Below, in pieces: positions 28,201 to 40,200 of a stretch of 64,000 nucleotides of DNA. The notes under the pieces were generated by a model. It was given only the letters and a program-made list of their open reading frames with translations, did no database searches and had not been told where the DNA came from. Every line of letters begins with the position of its first letter. The first letter of the stretch is position 1. The position numbers and the translations under genes are program-made. Source of the DNA: Tubiluchus corallicola (taxonomy: Eukaryota > Animalia > Priapulida); the NCBI GenBank assembly GCA_030141605.1, contig JAQGDQ010000054.1:372001-436000 (forward strand), in the 5' to 3' direction.

Positions 28201-31200
28201 AATTAAAGGCAAACAACTGCATTTTTGTTATATATTGTTAACAAGGTACTGCACATGACGGGCTTCCAAAAATAGCTTATCGAATAGCAAATCCAAAGCA
28301 CTACACAAGCAGTTGCACAAAATCGGGAACTCTGATATCTTAATCAATACTTCGCAAACATTTCATATAATTTTGTACTTGCTATGCTATATTCATTAAC
28401 TGGTGTTAGAAGAAACCACTCAGGCACATTAAAAGTATCTAACAGGTTGCAACATGACAGAGAATAAACAACAACAACACAACCTAAACCTGAGACCTAC
28501 AGCACCCTGAGGAAACTACATGACAGCCATTCACCCTGGTACAGCTGTTTTTGAAAGAGAATCTATACAAAGCCCAGTTGATTCTCTTTTAAAAAAGTTT
28601 CAGAACTGCTTCTGCACAAAGTGCCACATAAATGGTTATTTGTAAAACAAAATTTTGAAAATGTCTGTTGGGTTATTTTGTTATATTTTGTTTCGCATTT
28701 CCTGTTTCCTATTTAATATAAAGATAATCCATTCACAGACATTTGATATGTCAAAAGTAAAGAGCTGGGGAAACCATTTGCTCCAATAATTCAAAATTCT
28801 TTTCATTTTAGAGCTCCAGAAAAAAAAGAAAAGCACTGTTTTAAAGTATTGAATGTCTTCCTTACCAAGGTTGAACATTACCAAGATTTAAGGCTTGCCA
28901 TAAATAACATATTTTACTGCCCAGATTTTATCAGTTGCAGCAATCAAATGCTCAATAAGTATGAGGAAGTTTATTTGCAAATGTACAAATGTAATGGCAA
29001 CATGACAAATGCACAGCAAGGCAGGCTAAAACTTCTTCCCAAGTTTTTAAGGTCACTTTAAGAGCAAAATACCGCATTAATGTCTAACCTGTGCTAGTTT
29101 TGAAAACACCTTTCAATCTGTTACTTAGCTTTGACACGGCTGCCAACGTTTCGCTTGTCTTTTTTGAAACTCTACAACACAAAATAATTGAAAATTATCA
29201 AATAGGACCATACGAAAAACTGAGAAGCAAAGACACAAAAAACCAACTTGTGTTAACGAAGACAAATATGGTATTAATGGTAGCTGAATTTTACTAACAA
29301 ATTGACTGCTATAAATGCTCTAGTATCACACACTTTATCTTGTATATATCACAGTTTATATATGCATGACTAAAACTGCAAGTAATTAAAAAATACTGCT
29401 GATATGCTTAATAATATTTTAAAGTTAAAATAATGCAAAATATCACCACCACCACCATGCCATCACCAATAAAATTAAACAGGAGGCTATAGTTCACAAT
29501 GCTAATAACTACTGTTAATATTTCTCTGTCTACACAAACAGCAGAGTAATAATAATTGGTAAATGCACGACAATAAATGTATTCCACGTCAGTTAAAGTG
29601 AGATATAAGATGGTGTGAAGAAGATGATTGCTAGATTATTGTTTTAGTTGAATTATGTGACTGATAAAGAGTGTGGTGCGAATATTAAGACAAACGTGTC
29701 AAAAATTAATTAATGATGATATTTTATAAGAGCAAATGTCAGAATAGAGAGAAACTAAAGACGGACACATCACCCCAAGCATGCTTTGTACCTGTTACTA
29801 TCTGAATACTTCGACAGTGAAGAGCTTTAAAACAAAATAGAAAAAAATTTGATAATTTGTTGTCTATACTTGTTTGTACTACATTAAGATAATGTCATTG
29901 TATTGTAGTGATGGGAATCAATGCAAAAATTGCAAGACAATTTCGACAAACGATAAGAACTTGTGATACGATTTCGATTTTAATAAGACCTTTACAAAAA
30001 CTGTGGTATGATTTCGATAAACGATAAGGATTTGCGATAGGATTTCGATAAACGATAAGGACTAGCGATACGATTCAGATTTTGATAAGCATTTTATACA
30101 ATTTGATACAATTTTAACTTCTAAAATACATGTTGTCTTTAAACTAGTTTATATATTTAAATGGTGACCTTACGAGTGTGTACATCAAAGGTTTGCACTC
30201 ATGAAAGTATTGTGGATTTTTGTGCATGAAAATGTGGTACATTTCAGTTACTAAACATTAGTTTTGGTACTCCAAACTGTCAATGGAGTCAAACCACAGT
30301 TTTCTCCTTTTACAATAAAAAGAAATGCAAATTGTAAAGTTACATATATTCAAGACTATTTTTAACATGGAGTTTTTTTACCACACACAGAGAACCCACA
30401 TTTTGTTGCAAATGAAAAAATTGGCAAGCATAAGTTGGCACACATTATTACGCAGATTAATGAGAGAGAGAGACTGTTGCTTTAATTATTATAAAAAAGC
30501 CCGGAATCAACAAGAGATCTGAGAAGAATAAACTAACAATTTAGTTATATGCAAGGTATTTATTTAGTTTAGATGCAAGGTAATCTGACAAATTACTACT
30601 TGTATTATATTTTCCACATGAGCAGAAAGCAAGATTTAAAAATACACATAAACTGACACAACTGTCACGAAATATTGGACGAGCTAGCTGGAACAGTACT
30701 AGCAGATTACTCAGAGTGACTGTCTTCCTGACTACGTTTAAAGTTAGTTTCGAAAATTGGAAAGTACCCTTTTCCAATTTTTCAATAAAATAACAAAACC
30801 AGCTCAGGAAAACAGTCGCTCTGATGGCACTATTGTAACAGGTACAGCCAAAATTTTCTTGGCAAGTTTTGATAATGAGTGCATTAAAAATTCTGTGTTC
30901 GTCCAGAATGTTAACACATCTGTGTCGCTTGCACCTAGAACCAGATGTTTACGTCTTTTTCCACTGTATGCCTGTGCTCTTTAGAAGAATTTGCATTCAT
31001 TTCTGATTCTGAGTCATCTATCAACAATTTCTTTCACTTTGGCATATCTGAAAATTAAAAAGAAAACATAAATTTAGAATAACTTTTGTGAAAATAGGTT
31101 TTCTTATTTGACCTGAATTATAATATTACAAGATTGAAAATTACAGCGAGACATGTACTTTCACTATGAACAGAGACACCACAGTTTCGTTTCATCATGC

Positions 31201-34200
31201 CAATAAGTGTTTCAGAATTATAGGTTTATGTATGCGACACAAAGTCAGGTGGTTATCAAAAATTTAATAATCATAATTTTAGGTATAAAAATGAGCATCA
31301 CTTCTGCAATTGCTACAGATCTATGTTTTATTTTTTGTCATTAAAATTCTTTCAAAACCTATTTTAAAAAGCTTATAACTATTGTTAGCTTGTAGGTTTA
31401 TACGTGCAATACTAGTAATTCACTTCCTACCTTTCTGCCTGCAAGACATAGACGTCATGATGGGACTACTGACACTTGGCATAGGTACATCGTCAACTTC
31501 GTCAAGTCTAACAAGTTCGACAAAAGCGCATTTTGATGTGATAGGCCTAGTGATGATTGGCATGGGTACATCTTCAACTTCATCAAGTCCAACATGCTCG
31601 ACAAAGGCGCATTTTAGAAGACTTTTTGTGTCATGTATAATCCTTTGGTACTGTGGTCAAGTGCAGTTGCTATGTTATAAATCATTAGTAAATAACTCTA
31701 ATCGTTCATTTAGATTCAAAACAAACTCATTTTTAATCATAGCAGTGTCTGAATCGTTTGCTCGCTAGCAATTCTCAAGATGTCTCAAAGCAGGTAAAAC
31801 TACACTTATAGGAAACATAACGTTCTCCACCAAGTAGATCTGTTAACAGACATTCAAGTTTTGCCCATTCAACCTTTGTCAATGCAAGACTGGTATCAAG
31901 CTCTATAACAATCTCAGCTTTTAGGTGAACAAGCGTCTGTATAGCACAGTATAAACTGTTCCACTTTTTTTCCATTTTCCTCAGCAGAGGCCCTCAAAGC
32001 TGCAGTCTAAACACTCAACTGGTAAAAATGTGAAATGACTCTTCTTACTATCAAGATATTAGTTTTTGCTTCTTTACGAGCAGCTTAAAGTGAGGAGTTA
32101 ATTGCATGATACACACATATAGCTGAAAACTGTGATCATCATTTACTTCTGGTAGGCTTACATCAGCAATGTTTGCTACATTGCACAACTTAATCACCAT
32201 TTCTACAAACATTCGTAATGCTTTGATGACACTCTCACTTTGATATGAATTCTTGGAAAATATTTTATTAAAAATTCCAAAGTCAGAAAGTAATTTTGTA
32301 AGTATGCTACACATTGGTAAGTAGTTCTCTCAGGACAGCGACTGCTGCTAACTGAAGAGAAACAAGATTCCATTGGTCGTCCAGAAATCATAGGTAATGT
32401 TTAAACTTTGCTGCTCACACAGGACCTCACATATCTCAAACTTTGTCTGTTCAAACTATTTTTGTATGTCCTCAGTAATAGTTTTTCTTGACGGTAACCT
32501 GTAGTCTATATTTTCAAAAGCAACTTGCATCAACAGCCAACATGCCCATCAACTCACGAATTTGTTTAGCTTTACCCTTACTAACTAGCTTCTGTATGGA
32601 AACAAATGCGTCTCCAACTGATGGAGTAACTGCAAGTGCCACCTTAGGAAGGACACGTGAAGTGGGATGCTCTTGATCATATACAAAAAAAACAATATAT
32701 TTTATGAAATACACCTACAGCTTGTAGATGAACTATGAATATAGCTTGTACTATACTATGCTATGCCATACCATGCCATGCCATGCCATACCATACCATA
32801 CCAATGATACCATACTATACTGTACTGTACTATACACTATACTATATGGACTGAGGCCCGGAACTCATTGTTACTAACACATATACTGCTTATTTTAGAT
32901 TATTATATAATCTTTAAAGGCCTTAATTAAATGATGACAAAAACTGCAAACTCAGTATTTTGATACATTTGCTCTGTACAAAGCATGATGAAAGTTAAAG
33001 CAACTGTAATGGTCAATTTCATTCAACTAGAACATTAGGCAGTAGATTACAATACACACGCAAGGACGTATATTACTTGATTGCAGGGACAGGTACACTT
33101 GTTAAATATCTTTTCGTAAGTCTATTTCAAACTCAGACTACATAGCTTAATAAAGTTTAAAAAAGTTTAGGCACACATTTATAAGGTCTATACTTGCAAT
33201 CTTGTGTGTAGCAAAAAGAAGTAATTTTTTATGAGTGAATAAATTTTCCACATGCATACAATTTATTTTACAGTTGTTTGCATGTAATAAAACATACGTA
33301 CGCATAGCCTGATTTTGGGAGAAACCTGAATGACAAGTATGAATTAGCTGCAAATTTATGTATATCCTTTGCTTCTTTTACATACAAATATGTAAGTCAT
33401 TGTATGACATTACGTATACATGTATGAAGTTATAGCAGTGCAATGGAGCAAGATATCTGATAATTTTTGTGCCCAAGGTAAAACATATATTATACATATG
33501 CATAAGCTAATGTGCAACTATAACCGGTAAATATGTCATGTTTTACTAATATATGATTGCATCATAATCTGCAAACTTATAATGTATAACAGCAACTGGA
33601 TATAATGCAGCACTATAATTGGCATAACTGCTAACTACATATTCTTATTCTTATTTTAATACATCATGATCATTACACAGTTGTTGTAAATGTTGTCAAT
33701 GTAGTGAAACTGTGACTGATTGATTTTTGACCTGTTTGAATTGTCTGTTTGTCAACTGTTAAAGTCTTGTGCTACTGTGTTATGTGTATTATAACTGTTT
33801 AAGGTATTCTCACTTTAGTTTATCTGTTATTTTGCATACACTAACAAAAGGCTTTAATTAACAAATATATATATTTCTTAAGTTACTAACACAATTTTTA
33901 TTGTAAATTTATAATATACATAATTATAATTATTATATAATTACAATTATTAAACATGTCTCACAACAGGTTGCTAACAGTGTCACTCGATTAACTAAAT
34001 AAATATTAATGTCACACAAATAGGGGTGGCTGCTAGGTGACCTCTTGGTCTTTCGCCACCCGTCTCAATGTAGTGTTTATCATCTTAAAGAAAAATTGTA
34101 TGTCATTATACGTGAAAATTTAAATAAGATGATAAAATCTAATCTAACCAGGCATTACGTGCGAAAAATATGAGAGCTGTCATCGTTAAAGCACTATTTT

Positions 34201-37200
34201 TTACCTTGTCCATATGCGTTTTCAGCACAGTTATGCTATTCAAGAATGTGTAACGTCGTCTGCAAAGTTTGCACTTTGCAGTTTTATCCACTTTGTTGAT
34301 TAAAAAATGATCAACATATTTCCACATGACGAATCTTGCAAAAGCAAAATTTTCCGTGAAACGGAAAATATTCAACTGTGGAATGCAGACAGCAAATCAC
34401 TGCATGTGAATCATGTGACTACTGGCCACCCAGGTTGTTGTGTTATTTCAGGAGACTGCAGTATGCACGTGTAGTTCGTTTATTTTGAAGGTACAGAGTG
34501 CAAACTGCGAAGCATCATTTTATGTAATTAATGCTACCTTGTCTTGAAGTTAATAACACGATAATATAAACTATTGTTCTCAATATGTTTATTATTGCTA
34601 AGGCACACAAATCGCCGAAATGACACATCAATTTCGATATTGATGCTCCGATTGTATAGATTTTCAGTGGTAATAATCATTTATTTTATCGATCTAATAA
34701 CTGATAAAAAATGGATTTTGTTTTGTATCGATTTGAAAAAAAATCGATTTTCCGTCAATAAAACAATATTCGATTCCCATCACTACTTTGGAGTAAACAG
34801 AAACTGGCTTACAAGTGAAAAAACCAGACAGGCATTTTGAAAAAGATCATTATAATCAAATATACACCATAGTTTGGCAGAATGTTTTCTGTATGTTGTA
34901 GTTAAATAATTGAAAAATTAACAATATTTGTTAGTATATGATTCAGCATAGCTATGTGTGAAAATCACAGATGTAATTCTCTCAAAATTAATATTTATTT
35001 GTATTGAAAACAGACAAATACATGAAGTAAATATGAACAACTTACAAAACGCAATGTAAAAAAAGTTCACAGATTTTACTAACCTGGATGTACTTCTTGA
35101 AATCTTGTTTGCCAGCCTATCACCACAAATCATTTTGAAATACTGCAATAATAAATAATAAATTTATTGGATAAATGAACAGCGACAATAAAGCAAATGA
35201 GATCACCATTTTAACAGTATGCTGAAAAAAATCGAAGAAGACTACAACTAATGTTGTTCAGTCAAAACTGCATAAAGCACATTTTGTAAACACTGCCTGA
35301 AAATGATAATAGTTTAATATATAATTTGACACAAAAAGAAACATTGTTAAAAAATTTTTTACCACGTATTTAACAAACGTACTCACATCATCACTGTGAT
35401 GAAACATTGGACAAAATGTTTTGTCTAGTAATTCATATGCATGATCATAAGCTTGAAAAAGAGGAGGTGTCGTCCTTAAACGAATCACATTTTCAGGCGG
35501 TCCATCCAGAACTAAAATCATTAAATGAGTTTGAAGTGTCAAAGCATCTTCTAAATAATCAAGTGCTAAGTGTAGGTTCTACTACAGTTATTAGCACTAA
35601 GCTTTTATCAAAACCTCTATTATAAGAAATCAAGGCTATGGCTTAATTATTACTTATTTATCAACAGTAAATCATATGTGAATATGAATACATTCGAATA
35701 TAATCAAGAGCACGATAATGCAACAAAAACTACCATACTAGCCAAAACACAAGCACAAATTCTAGAAAGGTGTACACAACAGAAATTTAAAAGGCACTTT
35801 CACAGTTCCTTAAACGTTAATCTTCCAAAACTTTAAAAGACATTAAATTAAAAATTAAAATATTACACAAAACACTAACACTATATTTACATGCTAACTT
35901 GCACAGTTTATAAATGAGATTTTGTCATGTGAGTGTTTTAAAGCACTGATACAAATTCAAAAAGCTTACAGCCAAAAAATGAATAATATGAGAATAAAAA
36001 TTTTATTCTTAATAGTAATATTTTGAAAAAAGATTTGTCGGAGGAGAAGTGCTACCTCACTCAAGCATTTTTCAACAATAGATGCCATATCCCTTCTTTC
36101 AGTTCAAAGATAGAACACACCAAATTCAAGAATAAAATCACATACTTGCTTTTAATTTTTCAACAGTTCCTTTAGGGAAAAGAATTTTGTCAACAGCACT
36201 TTCTGCGCAGTAAGTGTTAAAAATGTCACTGGCTTCCTTGTGTAATTTCACCAAGTCACTTTCCGTCAAATCTGGATTTAGTATCTTTTTATTAAAGTCA
36301 TCTGAAAAGATTTTTGAAAAATAATATTACTAAATTTAGCTTGGCTAGACGACAGTAAATTATGGTATCTAACAGCAGTAGCTAATTATACTAGGTAACA
36401 TCATACACTGGATAAAAAAAAATTGGTACTGCAGTTTACACAAAAGCCTATATTGCGATTAACTAGTGGTTTAAGTGGTATATTAGTTATGACAGCTTCT
36501 AGGAAACATGACTGATAATAACCCAGAGTTATGGAGTTAGTTGTGGTGTGCTGTGGAGCTTGTTAAAATGAATGATAAGCACAGTGAATTTCCAGATGTG
36601 GTGATGAATCCTGTGCTCAAAATGCCATAACACAGTAGGTGTTGAACAAAGTTTAAAGACGTATGTCTGCTTATTTGAAAAAAGAAAACAAAAGTTGAAA
36701 ACTGTATAAAACATTTTTTGTGCACAAAAGCAACAACCCCAGGTTGTTTCAACACTATTAATTAGCAGACTAACTAGAATGAATATTGATGTTTTTTCTT
36801 TAAAATAATTTGGGAAGTATACTCATCACAGCATCCATTTCCAATACTAGACAAGCTGGCCAATACCCATTCAAACTTTCTAAGCTGACCTCTATGTATC
36901 ATCAGTACTCAATATCAGTATCGCCTATCAATAAGATATCTTCGATAAAGAAAATATGATCACCTATGCATGATACTTACCCACATCAAAACAAAACTGC
37001 AATACGTTTATGACTGCTTCACCCTTCAAAAACTGAATGAAAGGATACAGAAGTTGTTGATTATTTATAATCTCTGACAAGGTGACGTAAACTAACTGAA
37101 ATAAAATAAATATATTTTACTATGTATTTTAGTCTGCACAAACCCATACAAATATGATTGCAGTATTTTTCGCAAATAAAATAATCAAAGTTATTAAACC

Positions 37201-40200
37201 TTGATCTACTAATCTTCTAATGATAATGCAAAAATGGTTTTAGATAAGCATCACTTAAAAAAACAAATTACTGTAATTAAAAATTCAAATTAAATGTCAG
37301 TTAATAAATTTACATTGCCATACCATACTTACATTTTTGGTTTTCGGTTTGGTTGCAGTGCAAAAGTTTGCCAGCAAACACACGGGAGGAGAGAGCGGAT
37401 TATTACCAAAAGTTATCTGAAATATTATAATGTACAGACATTCATATTATCAGTATAAATAAATTTAAAAGATTTGGTCAATCGTTTACATGTATACAAA
37501 TAATCAGCACCTAGTCAACTAGTAATTTAATGAATAAAGCTAATGATTATGCAGTTAAAAGCCTCTACTAATTCATTTTATTCAGTTGGTGACAGTTTTA
37601 AACATGCAGAAGCATACTGCTGCCAATAACCATCTACATTATATCTTTTTATAGTGTATGCTGTCTAGAGTTAGTATTTGAATAATTTATTGTCTCTTTG
37701 CAGATCGCATACACAAATAACGGCAATGTTCAAATATTTCTTACGAGACAGAATGACAGAAAGGCCATATGGTCATCACAGTCATACCGCGTTATGATGG
37801 TTAATTTGCAATGCTAGTTTGTCTTATTTGTAAATAAAAATTCCAAATAAAAAATCATGACAATTACATACTCAAGAATATTTAGCAAATAAAACTTGCC
37901 TAAAATAGATTTTAAACTAACAAGATCATTACGAATCACAATAACATCAATGTAAAAAAAGCACATGAAAATTCATTGCAATAAAACATGCAAACAATGA
38001 AAACAAGAAACAAGAGAAAAAGAATTATGTCAAAGGTCAAAATTTCATGTGAAAGACTCAAGAACTTCATGTATTTAACCACTTCACTGCCATGCAATTT
38101 GTATTCCACTGGCGCGCAAGAATATTCTAGTAAAATGAAAAGTTGCTACTGCTATAGGCACTGCAATGTTATTATAGTATGGTTGTTACTACATCACAAC
38201 CACTTCTATTGTTACTGTTGATGCCATCATAACTGTTGTGACAACCGCGCCACCACCACCACCATGCCCTGTGTTTGTTACTACCAGTGTCATTGTTGCT
38301 ACCATATCTCGTAGATGTATTAGCAAACTTGTCAGAATGATAAAGAATGTTGAGAAAAAAGGGAAAGCAGAAAAGAAAGAAAAGTAGAAGAAAATAAAAG
38401 CAGAGTGTCTGATATGCAAAATATTGTTGTGTTGTTACAAAATAAATTTTTACTATGATTTAAATTCACAAAAATACTATAATTGTAATAATGTTAGTGT
38501 CAATGTCATTGTCGTCATCATCATCAACATCATCATCATCATCATCAGTGTCCCCGCCATCATCATCAGTATCACCACCGTCATCACCTCTACACTTGAA
38601 ATGGTACTTTGTGATTCTTAAAAAAGCATTGCATGTTCAAGCATACATACACGAGCAAATATTGCCTAATTTATATGCATGTGTTTACATGCACAAGTAT
38701 GCACACACCACACAAACATTCACACATATGCAAGCACACACGCATCACGCAAGCATTCACACATACAGTTTTCGCAACTTTTTGTCTATCCTTTACAGTA
38801 TCAGTACAATTCGAATGTTGTATTTTGTACAAAATTTTTTGTAAATTATGTAAGAGCAGTGCTGTCAAATGTTTGACCCAATAGCCATTCTAGTGTGTAG
38901 AAGAAATATGGGCAGGCCTGATGCTGTAATTTTTAGCTTGGATGTACACAATTGATCAACCATACAATGATGAAACAATCATATCTAATTACATGCATGA
39001 ATTGATGACTCAATCCCAAATTTTGCAAGCTAGTCCCTAATTGGCTTCACACTGCATCTTTTCTGGACCATTTGAAGACAAAAAATCGACAAAGATACAG
39101 GAAAGCTTATGCATATATACATGAAATACTATTTTGTTATTATAGTTATTGCAATAATAACCATTTGTTATTGCAATATGGAACCAAATAAATGAAATGA
39201 AAATAAATGACATGAAATATATTGCTAGTGTTACAGAAAGTGATATGATGAAAGACTATATATACTTACCGGCTCATTGTCAAAAAACAGAAGCAAAAGA
39301 TAATTCACCACATCCTAAAAACATGATAAAATAAATGCCAAATTAAGCAATTGGTGGAACTGCTCAACCGAGTTTTTTCTTTTACCTGCAGTGTAATGGG
39401 TTCAATTCCCCATGGTCAGATAATTCCAAAGACTTCATTCAGTGTTTATATGCAAGCTTCCTTACAATACTTCCAGAACTGTTATAAAACAGGTACTTAC
39501 TGGATCTGCAATAATATCCATAACTGGAAGTAGTGCTTTACTGATAACAATTTCCTGTATTAGACTTGTTATACTCCTAAACAAAAATTAAGTTCTATTA
39601 GTAGAAGCTACACTTTTTACAGAAGCTGCAGTTATATTAGCAATCAACTTCTAATGTGCACATAGAAATTACTAACTATAATCATAATTCATGTTGTCAA
39701 ACTACAGTTTCTGTCACATTTCTAAAATGTGAGATAATTAAAGAATGGGTTAATCACTAAAAGTTGTGCCGCCTTATTGGTCTGTCTTATACTGAGGTTC
39801 AATAATCCAGTTTTAGAAATTTTCAGTAATTAACCAGTGAAATTCAATGTTACAATCTAACATTCCTAAATCATGTATACTAAATGAAGAAGTTTTAGCA
39901 TTAACTGTAGAAAAACTGCTAAAAAGTTTTTATCTGTTTTAGAATGCTTCAATGCTTATCGTCACCACATTTACCTGCAGTTGAGATTAACGTGAGGTAG
40001 GCAAACAGGTAAAAGGTGTCGAACAATTCGTTTTAAATAATTCATCTCTGCACTTCGATTTTTAGCTGCTCGATGGAGGCATTTATCATAGTAATTTAGT
40101 GTCATCTGCTCCACAGTAACTTGCTGATTTTCAGTTTGCTTGAGATTACGACAATCTTCTAAAGCTTGTACATACACATCGATGTGTTGTAATGCACGTG

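Larger units (their letters stand above)
29906..34785 (-). mobile_element. Decayed hAT (ZBED1-like) transposon within SNX14 intron 13
   Basis: Perfect 14-bp TIR TAGTGATGGGAATC...GATTCCCATCACTA and CGAT-rich subterminal repeats at both ends. No recognisable TSD remains. Internal transposase fragments lie on the minus strand. Confidence 0.85.

Noticed and set aside
28535-28562. Candidate 28-nt SNX14 cassette exon
   Set aside because: Length is not a multiple of 3 and there is no homology support.
29940-30090. Regularly spaced CGATAA/GATTTCGAT repeats superficially like a CRISPR array
   Set aside because: Eukaryotic context, no unique spacers and no cas genes; these are hAT subterminal repeats.
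38189-38884. Cluster of overlapping ORFs with poly-Ser, poly-Ile and His-Thr runs
   Set aside because: Products of (CAT)n and (CA)n simple repeats in an SNX14 intron.
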